DNA of 61,348 nucleotides, the filler included. It is 8 parts of 8 records of this genome, joined end to end, with 100 filler letters (N's around TTAATTAATTAA, not from the genome) between each part and the next. Parts side by side here need not be neighbours in the genome. Positions count along the whole stretch, not along the records: positions 13,377 to 21,728 come from SRR2962707_3953; positions 21,829 to 28,061 come from SRR2962707_3956; positions 28,162 to 36,787 come from SRR2962707_3957; 5 more parts are not named here. One strand, 5' to 3'. A model generated the notes under the pieces. It searched no databases. It saw only the letters and a program-made list of their open reading frames with translations, and was not told where the DNA came from. This document shows positions 19,095-30,902 of this stretch, piece after piece (position 1 is the stretch's first letter; every line of letters starts with the position of its first letter). The position numbers and the translations under genes are program-made.

Positions 19095-21628
19095 CTACTT
19101 GTGGCGCAACACGGCTGGGATTTCTGGGTCATCGGGCACCTCAACATAATCATCAAAATGTTCAAAGTCAATCGTGCAACGACCTGGATGAAGCAAAAAG
19201 ACAGACAGAGTTGACCGTTGCAGCGCAGGCTGCCTATCATGCGAGAACTACTTCCACATTGTCAAAAACAAGCAAGACCAACACCAATCTCACCGTCATT
19301 TTCAGCACGAGTGCACGGAGCGAAGTCGTGTGAGAACACAAAATCTTGCAGCGAATAAACTTTTCGGCACTGAAGCGTGCATGATGCGTTCGGATCCACC
19401 CCCTCAAGCAAAACCAAGATGGTAAAGTTGCTGAAAGCAGCTAGTTGTTCGCGCAGCTCGTCTGCGTCGCGAGGAGCTGCCGGCACGGTTTGAGTCAGGA
19501 GATAAAAACAAAAAGGCGGTTGGTGAGAGCATGGCATCCAAACAGCCAATATCTACTCCAACAAAAATGCACGCCACGGACCGTGGCGCAAGACGTGCGG
19601 AAGTCTTTGACGGATTTTGGCCCGTGTGCTGTATCGTGGCGATTTCTGAAGGGCGAGTAAAACACAAATTGGTTCTTGTTCAGTGACACAAAGCTTGCGG
19701 CCACGATGCAACACAACCAAGTTCACGCAGCATCGCACCATTGCGCGGCCCAGCTTTGACATCCCGGGCGACGACTTGGAGCTGGAACCGTCCAGCTACC
19801 ACGAACGTCGTTGTGCGATCAGGAAAACAACAGAACACACGGCAAACGCAATTTATTCTGATGGCACCATTGACAGTGACATTTGTTACTCTCATTTACA
19901 AGCCTTCCCGCCCACAAAATACACAGTTTGGGACGTACTGTTGATTGGCGCGAAATCGCTGGGGGAATCTCCAGGGAAATATCGGAATACGAATTCTGCG
20001 AATCAGCTTTTGAGTTGACGAGAGGAAGCGGAGCAATGTCGACAGACTGAGGATCTTTGGGGATCAACGGTTGATACTCTGGACTTTGGGACGGCGATTT
20101 CATCTCATCAATGGTGTCTGGGGAGGATGCACGAGAGTCGTCATTCGCTCCAACTGGCCAGTGATCCCACTTGTGAAGGCTTGCCAACATGGCTTTCGAG
20201 GCCCCTTCCTCTTCGTAGCTGATGAAAACAGCACCGCCATGTTCGATTTTCAACCAAATCAACAACGATTGCATTCAATCCTGTGCAACAGGCTAAGATT
20301 GACCAGAAAAACCAAAACTTACCCAGAATTGGCATCTTGAGCGGCATTGATTCGAATGTGCCGATTCAACAGAGCCTGGGGAGAAAAATAGAGAAGGGAG
20401 AGTGTGAGTTTGTGTTCAATGCCAAAGCAGAAATGGAGGGAGCAGGGAGCAGGGCGTGTATGCATAGTGAAAGGACCAACCTTGGACCGATAAGCCTCCC
20501 CACAAAATTCACAACTGTACAGTTGGCCATCGGATTCGACTGAACTCATGTTACCTCGCTTGTCTGGCCACTTGTAGCTGTTCATTGGGTCATAGCTGCC
20601 CAAAAACACAAAATATACCACCACATAAGCACCCAGTACAGAAAAATGTAGCCTGCATCACTCCATCATTCACCTGCTTCAACGTACTCTTTAGTCGGAA
20701 TGTACAAGAAGTTGCGATGAGACAGCGGGCTCCAGAAATCGATGCGATGGACGACTTGCGACGGCAACATGAGGAGCATCGGGGCGCCTAAATCGTCGTC
20801 GGGATGATTGATGCTCATTGGGTATTGTTGAAACATGAAAGGGATTTCTCGACCAGCATTAAGCATTTCCGCTTCGGTTTCATCCCGGATGCAGTAGCAC
20901 CGCACGTGAGCTTCCAAAATTTGTGAGTGCCGCATTTCGCAGACACGGAACATGAAGTACCACTGTCCGCGGATCTGCCGGATCATCACCTTGTTGCTAA
21001 ATCGCACGGAGTATTTGCGGGTGCCGCCGCGAGCACATTTTGTGTACATGAGTCCGAGCAGAAACGCATTCATCATGAAGCCAATCAAAACCTCGATAGT
21101 GATTACTGTGGTCACGCCGTAACAGCCATTGAAGAACAAGGTGGCACTACCATATCCAACCGTTGTTATTGTAATCGACGAAAAGAGGAACGCATCCGAC
21201 ATGTTCGTGATACCGAGGTGGCAGTCATCATTGGGCACAGCCAGAGCAACAAAAATGCCGGCGAAAAGAATGATCAAGATGAAGTACAGCACACTGTACA
21301 TAAAGAGCACTGATGGCGCTGGCATCTCCACAAGTGTGTGGTAGCAGTCTCGAACGTGAAAGCCCCATCTTCCGGAGTTCCCACACCATCTCTTGCGAAT
21401 GGAGCGCGGGCCTGCTGACAAGATCACGTTGCGTTGCTGCGGCAAGAATTGCTGCAACTCGTGTGCTGCTATCTCAGATTCGACGCCAGATTCTTCGTAC
21501 TCCGAAGGAAACCGCCCCGGTGTTGCGAAGACAGACGAGGTGTGTGCCATGGGCGCGTGCTTGACTTTGAGCTCCGAGCCCACACTTGCATCGTCGTTGG
21601 ACGAAGCCACCAGTGATTGATCGTCCAT
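19095..21628 (-). CDS. Inward-rectifier K+ channel (Kir-like), multi-exon
   Basis: Two TM helices around ITITTVGYG; cytoplasmic motifs VRFSNK, FMFRVCEMR, ILEAHVR, VVHRIDFWSPL and ILVLLEGVD...LQCRKVY. GT-AG introns at e.g. 20687-20596, 20480-20376, 20322-20219; last exon ends IDFEHF...LRHK* at 19095. Middle exons are less certain. Confidence 0.88.
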
Positions 21629-21704
21629 GGTCAGCTGGACTGTGCTTTCTTTTTTAGGCCATTCAGACCAACTACATGCGGCTTCCTGCTTTTTTTTTTG
21701 CCTT

Positions 21705-21728
21705 TCTCTCTCTCTCTCTCTCTCTCTC
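21705..21728. repeat. (CT)n microsatellite at contig end
   Basis: Direct reading. Confidence 0.9.
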
Positions 21729-21828
21729 NNNNNNNNNNNNNNNNNNNNNNNNNNNNNNNNNNNNNNNNNNNNTTAATTAATTAANNNNNNNNNNNNNNNN
21801 NNNNNNNNNNNNNNNNNNNNNNNNNNNN

Positions 21829-21986
21829 ACACACACACACACACACACACACAAACGTGAACGCTCTCATACGCACTCGCCCACTAGATCTACTCTCACT
21901 CACACACACACACACACACTACTCTCTCACCCTCACGCTCACACACACAACAACAACAACGCAACAACAACCAACACAACACAAAC
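21829..21986. repeat. (CA)n / (CAA)n low-complexity microsatellite tract
   Basis: Direct reading. Confidence 0.9.
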
Positions 21987-22145
21987 AGTAGATCCTGCCT
22001 ACAATAGCCTGTACATTTACCAGGCGGCAGGTATCCATAGCCTGTACATACACCCATTTGTGACCCCATTCAAGGCCACGAAAATATACTATCTACTATC
22101 TATCTACTATCAAGGCCACGCACACTCTGCACGCCAAATTTTAAA

Positions 22146-25100
22146 TTAGCTATTCGCTCCTTTTGGCTTGTTTCGTTGCCGTGGTTGTCCAGGGGTACCA
22201 TCAGAGCCTTTCTTCTTCCCCCCACAGAACGACTTGAGCACTCTCTTCAGACGAGATGGGTCAGAGCGTGACTTTCCGCAAGCCACGTCCTCCAAAAAGG
22301 CAAGCTGCCCTGCCGTTTAAAAGCAACACAGGTACATTCACTCATTACCCAAGGAAGAAGCGACATACTCAGGAGCATGCTTGTTGGCGGTGCGCCGGCT
22401 ATTTACCTGCAGCACTGGTCGAAGGAAGTGCACCTGCAGCAAACGCGGCGTTTCCAAGCGATTTGAATGCTGCAACACCTACGGCGCAGACGATTCCATG
22501 GATCACATCTGAAATCTCGGCAATGACCTGCAAAAAAACGCACCGAGGCATGAAATTGGTCACAAATATTTTCAGCGCAACATTCTTTCCACACTGGGAA
22601 AACGCGCAAACGGGCGGGGTGGATGGGTGGCAATCTGCAACAGAGTATTGAAAATGATGCGCACCCAAGACGGCATTGTACCCCCAGCTCCGTCCAGTAA
22701 CTCTTTGAGCAGGGCTACGCCAACACCGCGAACAATACCCGCGAGAGCGCTGCCGAACTCACGCGGTGGAGCGACGCCGCCATTTTTTTTTCCACCAGCG
22801 CCGGCATCATCCGCGCCAGCGGCGGCAGCCGTGTGGAATACTTGAGCCAAAGTTCGCAAAATTGCCTGCAGGAAGCCAAAAGCAACACAGGCCACATTGG
22901 GGCCCACAACAATTGATCGTGACACAAAGACAACAACACTTGTGGGTTTTCTTTTCGCGCCAGTTCTCCACAGCACAGTAATAACGAACTTTTGATGCAT
23001 CTCTGTCTTGCAAATGGAGGTGGCGTGCCAAGAATATGACCAATACTTCCAACAAAGACGCTACAATACCTCCACTGTCGACACTGGAAGCCACTGCCCG
23101 ACCTGCAGATGCTGCCTGTACCGTTGTTCGTGGAACAGAGCGGCAAAACATAGCTGGGATGTGGCTGAGTGCTTCGTCTGCAAATGCACAGAAAGAAGAT
23201 ACAACTGGAGGGTCAATATCGCCCATTCGCGACCCTGGATTGGGAACTTCAGCCGTTGGTGCTGCTTTGTGGCTGAAAATAATTGCACTAAGCAGGATGT
23301 CTTCCAGCGCTCGTACAAGTGCCCCGCCAGCTACAACAAGGGGAAATATACACACCACGCCAAGTGCGGTCATGATGATTTTTTCTGGAATGATAAAAAT
23401 CCTTGCAACAATTCTCCTTGCGGTGTTGCGGAAATGCGAGCAGTCACAAGGCTAGTCAGAGAATGAACTCGACGCACCACCATCAAAACGCGCGGGCACA
23501 ATCAGACCTTCCATGAGTTGCAATGCCTCGGCCATCGGCAATGTTCGGAATTGAGCAGCGGCACACGTTGCCATTTTGCTGTACCACTCTGGTGATAGCA
23601 CGCGCACAGGCATGGCCGCTCCCTGCAAAAAAAAGCACAGCCGATGAATGAGGATGACAGTGTCCCCGAACAGAAATCGATGCTTGCTCACAACAAACGC
23701 AAACAACAGACCTTCGCATGCGAATCAAAGAAGTGCTTGGCCACAATCGAAATTGCCTTTGTCAGAAAACCATGACGTCGGCCACACAGCAGCGGAAGCA
23801 CCAGCTCCGTTGTAGCCTGAGGGCCCGCCCGTGCACAGGCAAAAGCAGCTTGCAAAATCTGGATCGTTGCATCGTCAAGCACAATAGTGAGGAGCAAAGT
23901 AAGCACGTTTTGCGATAGGGCACGAGTCTAACGTCGAAGAAAACCAAATTTACGTACATCGACATGTTTCGCTAAGAACTGCGGGACCAAGGAAGGATGT
24001 TGACTCCAGCATCCGCGGTCGAAGAGTGCCTGGGTAGTGAAGATCAAAGCGACACCGTAAACAAAATCAAATTTTTACACCGATCACGTCAACAAAACCA
24101 ACCCATTCATTCACCGCACCGACATCATACACAACGCTTCAGCGGCGTCGTAGCTAATTTTGAGGATACTGGAGCCGTTTCCAGCTGGCACCAACGCGGA
24201 ACGCAGGACAGTCTGCAGCATGGAGAGCCATGAAAATAATTAGACTCGTTTGATGCCAAATACATCAACGGTGCTCCAACAGGGACAAGTGTTCAATGAG
24301 CGAACCAAATGAGGTGTGAGAAGGTGGCTGAAAATTTTCTGGGTTGATGCAATGTCAGATGAGGCATCTGCGAGGAGGCATAGTCCCGACACAAATGGTC
24401 GCACGACGTGCACCGGCACTGTGCGACGCAGATCGGTATGGCGCTGGGCAAAGCAAACAAAGACAGTCCATCACAACAGGCGATTTTCGCATCTGTCTGA
24501 CAGGCGGCATGAGAACTATCGCATCTTGATGTTGTTCATCTGTGCAAACGAACTCGAAGAATGTTTTCAACAAAACCAGGGTGGGCTGAGGCGATGTAAG
24601 AGGCTGAGTTTTCGCACAGCTTGCGAAAGGAATTTGCGATGGCACTAACTGTTTGGACCTACATTTGGGCATCCAAAGCAAACAGATTACTCGAACGACC
24701 AACCTCCAACAAAGAACCTGGTGACTTGGCTCGATCGGTTGTCCACAAGCAAATCACGGCAACTGCAAGCCCACACCTCTGCAGACTGCATCAGCGCACT
24801 ATGCTTGCCAACAAAGTATTGCTCGTTCATCTCGCGTAGCGCAGCGTCTTGACACCGGAAGTCCACTAGAGCCTGAACATTCGGAGAAAAGTCTCAAAAC
24901 AATCATTACCATGTACCCTATTGCACTTTACTTGAGTTTGTAAGATAGCAATACGACGAGCTGCTGACGGGTAGCGAAACATAGCGCAGCTGCGCGCGCA
25001 CCATAAGCATGAGCTTGAAAATGTGCACCAAGCCTTTAGGGTTCTTAATGAACCAATCACTCATCGTGCCTAAAATATCGTTGCGCAGTGCATAACGCTA

Positions 25101-28019
25101 CCGAAACGGCACCCTCGACACGACAGACACGATTGAATAAGCTGCAACATGCTGTGCCCTACGCACGACTAAGATCAATTGTGGCTGCTCGCACATGGGT
25201 ATTGCCGTCGTGAAGCTGCGAATACCTTGTTTTGCCCATCCAACATTGTCAAATACCGTTATGATGCAAAGAAGCAAACAATGGCTAAATTGCGCACCGC
25301 ACACTCACTTGAGCAATCCGGGGACCACTCTCCCGTCCAGCTTTGTCTCGAGTTTTTCTGAAGCGCACTGTCGAAGCTGGAACAAAAGAACTTCCACAAC
25401 CTGTATTGTTGTGGAGAAAAGCAACTTGAATGTGCGTCGAGGAGCTCAATCTCTATTGAACGTGATCCTCATTCAGAACATCACGACACTGGCACAGGAA
25501 AAAAAATCTTCGTTGATGCATTTACCTGCCAGATGGTGCCGCGGCCTGTAGCATCAGGTAGCTTTTTTACGTCTGGTGGAGACAAAGGACTCGCTGGTTC
25601 AGAACGACCGGACGTCAGCACCGGCTCCAGAAATTTGTGCAAATGTTCACCTGACGTTAGCAACAAGGCACGAATGATTTTGGGTGAGTCACAACCATAA
25701 CACTCGCTGATGGGGACAGCATAATCAGCAACACAGCCTCAGTGTCGTCATCCAAATTGTACATATTTAATCACTGCGAAACCAATTGAGTGGACTTGAA
25801 AACCCTCGAAGCGTGCACACATACCCGAACAAACGTAGTTGAGACTACCAACGTCGAGTGCCAAGGTTGTCATCAGCGCTCCAATCGCCGACGATGCAAG
25901 TTGGCGCAGACGCCGAAATTCATCGACATCGTCCAGAACCATCGCATCCATAAATCCAATATGGAAAGCTATAGGGCCAGCAATGGGAAACATGGTCGCA
26001 CAAAGCACAGCACTGCAGGCTTGCGATAACATTTTGCGAAGGGCAGCTCCGGCAGGGTGCCCCGGCACTGTGTGGCCACTAGGACTTCCTTGCACGGACT
26101 GCGTGCTTGCAGCGTAGCCGCCTCCTTGCCCTGCTTGCTGGCGGCGATCCGGGTTTTTATCTTTGGCCCGCTTTGGCCGACTTTTCTTCCGCACGTTGCT
26201 TCCTGGTGGAAGCGCAACCGCACTCGCAAACGCGGACCAGAAGTCAAACACTGCGTGCTTCAACTCTAGTTCGAGACCAGGAGCAACAGTGGTGCGCACA
26301 ACAGCGCCTAGAATAATTTGTAGCCGAGGCAGGTAGGCTGCCCCATCTGCCCCACCGAGGTGCCTTAACATATTACAGGTAATGCCACTTGAAGCTCCAC
26401 CCGTGAAGCCGCCAAGACCTTGTGCCAGCGCTGACAAAGTAATTTCAAGGTGATCACATGCGCTGGGATCTGAAGCTTCCCCACTAATAAACGAAACAGC
26501 GGAAAAGAGAGTTCACCAACTGCAGGGATGGCCCAAAATGTGACACAAGCAACACCCACAATCGGTAGAAAGACAATAGCACGCGGCACGAACCGCGAAG
26601 AGCGAAAGCTTTGGCTAACCAATTGTGTAAAGTGCGTCAATGCTGGGACAAGATGCGTGAGTAGCGTCAAAAGAGCATCGGTCGCCTTCGGGATTGTGCG
26701 ATTGTCCGTGCAAAGATCGAACACTGACGCAAGAAGCTCCAAAGCATGCTTTTTCAAAGTGAACAGGTCAGCGCTGGATCCCTGCAAAGTAACGACAATG
26801 AAAGATCAGTTTAGACACGCACATCACTCTGGTGCGAAGAGAACAAACTGCATTGTCGCCAGATGAGGCTAAAATCACACCTTGGCTGCCAGAATTTGCA
26901 GTGCCCGCCGGACCGGCAGCGAACTCAGGAGCTGCACAACACCTTCCTCTCTTGGATTCCAGCAATCCAAGTTTATCCAGGCAGTACAGCAACCTAGAAT
27001 CTGCGCAACCTATGATCACAACACGATATGGTATGAATATCACACACAGCCGCATTCGATTTGACTTCCTGGCTGGTCGGCCTGTGGTTTTAGCAGTCCT
27101 GCCCGCAAAAAAAACATTCCTGGACGCACCCTACTTGGAGCTTGGGTCGTCAGGTCTTGGCCACATAATGCCTGCAGCAACGCCATCACTGTTGATGCAG
27201 ACCCTCGCAATGCAGTTTGGACGAGAAGTCGGTGTTTACGAGACTCATGGCATTGTTTCCCGCGGATTTCCTCAGCCAATGATGTCAACACCAGCAGCGA
27301 AAACGCAACGTGTTCACGTCGCTGGCGACAAAACTTGCAAATTTCCTGGCAAACACCCTGTCCACCCGCCACGTTCCAGTCGCTGGACTGGATGGAAAAT
27401 GACGCAAAAGCTCGTGCAATGCGCATGCCGATCAACCGATTCGTCGAGTGAGCCACTCCAACCTTGATTCCACAAATTGCATTGGGGCAACAATTATAAC
27501 AGACGCGGCCACAACGGCAGTTTCACAGACCTTGTACACAAAGCTCAAGGTTCAGCACATCGAAAAGTGTGAGCAAAGCAAAAGCACGCCGATCAGCATG
27601 CTCGTGGCGAGGTTCTGTTGGGGTGGCCAAACCTCAAGTATCGCCTTCTTGAGCCTCAGGCATCCTGCCGCGTCGAACGTGTTCTCCGCGCCCACCCCAA
27701 GCTGCGTCGTCTTCTCATGAAGTGTCTGCGCGTGGAAAAACAGCTCGGTCTGGCTCTTGCACCTCGCTGGGTTGCGGAGGAACGCAAAAGACACGGACCA
27801 CGCGTTGCGAGTTTGCTGGTACTCCCGCAGCCATTTTTGAGCAGAGGCCGTGTACACCTGCGTGCACTTCCCAGAGGACAGGTTGGCAATCGTCGCCTGG
27901 AGCTGCGCAGCGAGGGCTTCAGCGGACGGAGCAGGGCTGTTACCGGTATTCGAACTTGAGACGCCCCTCTGCGCACTCCCTCCTCCTCCGGTGCTCCCAC
28001 CACCAGGAGAGCCAAACAT
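22146..28019 (-). CDS. Importin-beta/karyopherin-family HEAT-repeat protein (transportin-3/importin-13-like), multi-exon
   Basis: N-terminal AQKWLREYQQTRNAWSV...ELFFHAQTLHEK (IBN_N-like), then LLVLTSLAEEI. Many GT-AG-bounded coding blocks; last exon ...KRVLKSFCGGKKK...ANS* ends at 22146. Internal exon borders not fully resolved. Confidence 0.7.
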
Positions 28020-28031
28020 CGTGCTCTTCGT

Positions 28032-28061
28032 CACCACCACCACCACCACCACCACCCCACC
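28032..28061. repeat. (CAC)n microsatellite at contig end
   Basis: Direct reading. Confidence 0.9.
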
Positions 28062-28161
28062 NNNNNNNNNNNNNNNNNNNNNNNNNNNNNNNNNNNNNNN
28101 NNNNNTTAATTAATTAANNNNNNNNNNNNNNNNNNNNNNNNNNNNNNNNNNNNNNNNNNNN

Positions 28162-28206
28162 TTTTAGCCGCAACAGGCGCGATGCAAATAGCGTGAACAG
28201 GCCCTA
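28162..28206. mobile_element. Probable terminus of a MITE-like repeat (minus strand TAGGGCCTGTTCACGCTATTTGCATCGCGCCTGTTGCGG), truncated by the contig end
   Basis: Begins at the TA of the SRPBCC stop codon; the assembly breaks inside it; resembles TA-flanked MITE ends recalled from marine gammaproteobacteria (not verified). Confidence 0.4.
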
Positions 28207-28632
28207 AAACATCGCCGCGAATTCGGCGGCGAAACGGCGATCAAAGCGATGAATCAGTTTACCGAAGGGGAGCGTGAGCAATGTCATGGCGCCCTCGGAC
28301 CATTCTTCCTGATGCAACCGGCAGCCACCCTCGTCGTCGTCAATGAAGGAAAAGCGGTGCTGAATCCGTGCCAGCGGCAACGACAGTCCCCAACTGATGC
28401 GCTCGTTCTCCACCACTTCCAGTACCTTTACCGCCACCGGCGCGGGTGGCAGGCCGGGCAGGTCGATAACGAACAGCAGGGTGGCGCCGGGTCGCCATCC
28501 GCCGAACAATCTGGCATAGCGAACCACCGAACACCAGTCGGCCCAGTCGTCCACCCGGGTGAACAGGGAGAAAGCCTGACGGCGGGAGGCGGCGGTGTCG
28601 GTGACGTCGTCGATGAAATAGCGTTTCAGCAT
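28204..28632 (-). CDS. SRPBCC/polyketide cyclase-like protein
   Basis: 142 aa; DWADW...RISW...HRFSF...CRLHQEEWSEG pattern. Confidence 0.7.
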   Translation of the reverse strand: MLKRYFIDDVTDTAASRRQAFSLFTRVDDWADWCSVVRYARLFGGWRPGATLLFVIDLPGLPPAPVAVKVLEVVENERISWGLSLPLARIQHRFSFIDDDEGGCRLHQEEWSEGAMTLLTLPFGKLIHRFDRRFAAEFAAMF

Positions 28633-28874
28633 GGCAGGCTCTTCAGGGTTTGCGCCAAGATTACCTGTCGTGATGGATCGCGGCCAGTTCAGAGCCAAGG
28701 CGAATCGGGCCATTATCCACTGGAAACTTGACCGAGGGCCGCGTCCTGCCTAGCGTGAACAAAAAATCATAGGGAATGATTTCTGACGTCGCTTGCGACG
28801 GCCCGCAGGGGGACCGCCATGGATGGCAGTCATGAAAAATAACAAAGGCGAAAGCCACTACGTAAGGAAACCAC

Positions 28875-29942
28875 ATGGCGAGCAAATTGTTCCCGGCATC
28901 CAATCTGCCGGCGTTAATGGAGATCGCATTGCGTAGCCGCCTGGACGTGCAGGCGTTGTTTCAGAAAGCCGGGATCGACGCGGACATGGTCGGGCGCGCG
29001 GACTGTTATGTGCGCGTGGAGCAGATCGACACGGTGCTCAGCACTGCCTTTTCCGAAACCCGGGATCCGCTCTTTGGCCTGCATGTGGGCAGGGACAACC
29101 ACTACGGTAATCTGGACATCATCGGCAACCTGATGGCGGCTTCCGCCTCCCTGGATCAGGGACTGGCGTTGCTGTTCCGCTACAAGGACCTGTTGGTGCC
29201 GTACCTGGGATTCGCCCTGCGCCACCAGTCCGATGCCGTGGCCCTGGAAGTGTTCCCGCATTATCCGGATCTGGCGTTCACCCAGACCCGCACCCACAAC
29301 GAACTGGTGGTAGCCACCATCGTCGCCATCGGCCGCTCTCTCACCGGTGGGCATTTCCCGGTACGGGAGGCGGCCTTCCGCCATCCGGCCCCGCCGCCAC
29401 CACAATTGAACGAATACCGAGCCTTCTTTCAGTGTCCACTGGTCTTCGAGGCGCCCTGTAATGCCGTGCTGTTTGATGAAGCGGCGTTGACCTCGCCGCT
29501 GCCTGGTGCCTATCCGGATTACCGGCGCCGTCTGGAACGTGCCGCGGATCGCCTGCTTGGCGCGCTGACCCGGGCGGCGGCGGTGAGCCTGCAGGTACGT
29601 GAGCGGCTGTATGAAACGCTGGGACAAGGCGCCTGGTCGGTGGAAAAGGTGGCTTCCTCATTGAACATGACCACCCGCACGCTGCAGCGGCGACTGCGTC
29701 AGGAAGGGCTGCGCTTCGCCGACTTGCGCGACCAGGTGCGGCACGAGCACGCCTGCCGTAAACTGGTGGAACCGTGCTGTGACATGCAGCAACTGACCCA
29801 GGATCTGGGCTTTTCGGATATCGCCAATTTCTACCACGCTTTTCGCCGCTGGCAGGGTTGCGCGCCGGGGGAGTACCGGCGCCGGCAATTAACCGAACGG
29901 GCCCGCAACGAACGGATGGCGATCCATCAAATGGAGCGCTGA
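28875..29942 (+). CDS. AraC-family regulator (OruR/VirS-like)
   Basis: C-terminal HTH RTLQRRL...LGFSDIANFYHAFRRWQG; N-terminal DPLFGLHVG. Confidence 0.9.
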   Translation: MASKLFPASNLPALMEIALRSRLDVQALFQKAGIDADMVGRADCYVRVEQIDTVLSTAFSETRDPLFGLHVGRDNHYGNLDIIGNLMAASASLDQGLALLFRYKDLLVPYLGFALRHQSDAVALEVFPHYPDLAFTQTRTHNELVVATIVAIGRSLTGGHFPVREAAFRHPAPPPPQLNEYRAFFQCPLVFEAPCNAVLFDEAALTSPLPGAYPDYRRRLERAADRLLGALTRAAAVSLQVRERLYETLGQGAWSVEKVASSLNMTTRTLQRRLRQEGLRFADLRDQVRHEHACRKLVEPCCDMQQLTQDLGFSDIANFYHAFRRWQGCAPGEYRRRQLTERARNERMAIHQMER

Positions 29943-29970
29943 CGCTGGTCCCCGGCGCGCCGGGGATTGA

Positions 29971-30864
29971 TTGCCCGAACCAACAACCCGAACCATCATG
30001 ATCGATATCGACGCCGCCGCCCGGGAACTGGAAGTACTGTGGTCGCTGCCCGGCCGGGACTGCCGGCTGCAACCGCTTGGGCAGAGTGGTACCGGGCTCA
30101 CCGCGATCATCCATACCCCGGCGCAGCGCTTCTTTCTTAAATGGATGCGCGATGGCGGCCCGCTGGAGGCGGAACAGGACGGTCTGATCCGGCTGGCGCC
30201 AGTGGTGAGAGTGCCGGGCTGGCGTTACCTCGGCCCGCTGGCGGGCGGCCAGGCTCTGATTCTGGAATGGCTGGAACTGGGGCAATCCCTTTCCCGTGGA
30301 CAATGGCGGGAGCTGGGCGAGCTGTTGCGGCGCCTGCATTCCGTGCCCGGTGAACAGTTCGGTTATCACCGCGATAACTGGATCGGCGCCAGCCGCCAAT
30401 ATAATGCGCCGTCGGCGGATTGGGCCACTTTCTTCGTCAACCAACGGCTGGCGCCACAATGGCGCTGGGCCTGTCAGCGCGGGCTGCCGGCGGCGGAGGC
30501 GGGCCAGGTGGAAGCGGTGATGGCGCTGGCCATGGATTGGCTCTCCGAAGTGACGGTGGCGCCGTCGCTGGTGCACGGTGATCTGTGGTCCGGCAACCTG
30601 GGCACGCTCACCGACGGCACCGTGGTGCTGTTCGATCCGGCGGTGTACTACGGCCATGGGGAAGTGGATCTGGCTATGCTGGAACTGTTCGGTCCGGTGC
30701 CGGAAGAATGTCATCGCGGTTATGGTATCGACCCTCACGATCCCGCCGTGGTGCAGCGCAAGACGCTCTATAACCTGTATCATCTGCTCAACCACTTCGT
30801 GCTGTTCGGTGGCGGCTACCTCAATGCCATCACCCGCAGTTGTCGGACTTTGCTGTCCTACTGA
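29971..30864 (+). CDS. Fructosamine kinase-family protein
   Basis: FFLK, FGYHRDNWIG, PSLVHGDLWSGN, FDPAVYYGHGEVDLAM, YNLYHLLNH. Start may be 29998. Confidence 0.9.
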   Translation: MPEPTTRTIMIDIDAAARELEVLWSLPGRDCRLQPLGQSGTGLTAIIHTPAQRFFLKWMRDGGPLEAEQDGLIRLAPVVRVPGWRYLGPLAGGQALILEWLELGQSLSRGQWRELGELLRRLHSVPGEQFGYHRDNWIGASRQYNAPSADWATFFVNQRLAPQWRWACQRGLPAAEAGQVEAVMALAMDWLSEVTVAPSLVHGDLWSGNLGTLTDGTVVLFDPAVYYGHGEVDLAMLELFGPVPEECHRGYGIDPHDPAVVQRKTLYNLYHLLNHFVLFGGGYLNAITRSCRTLLSY

Positions 30865-30902
30865 CAGCGCGATCCATGATGCCTTGTTGATGGTGTTGAG
30901 CT

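Noticed and set aside
26832-27467. 211-aa plus-strand ORF within the importin gene
   Set aside because: Antisense to exons with importin-like motifs; no independent support.
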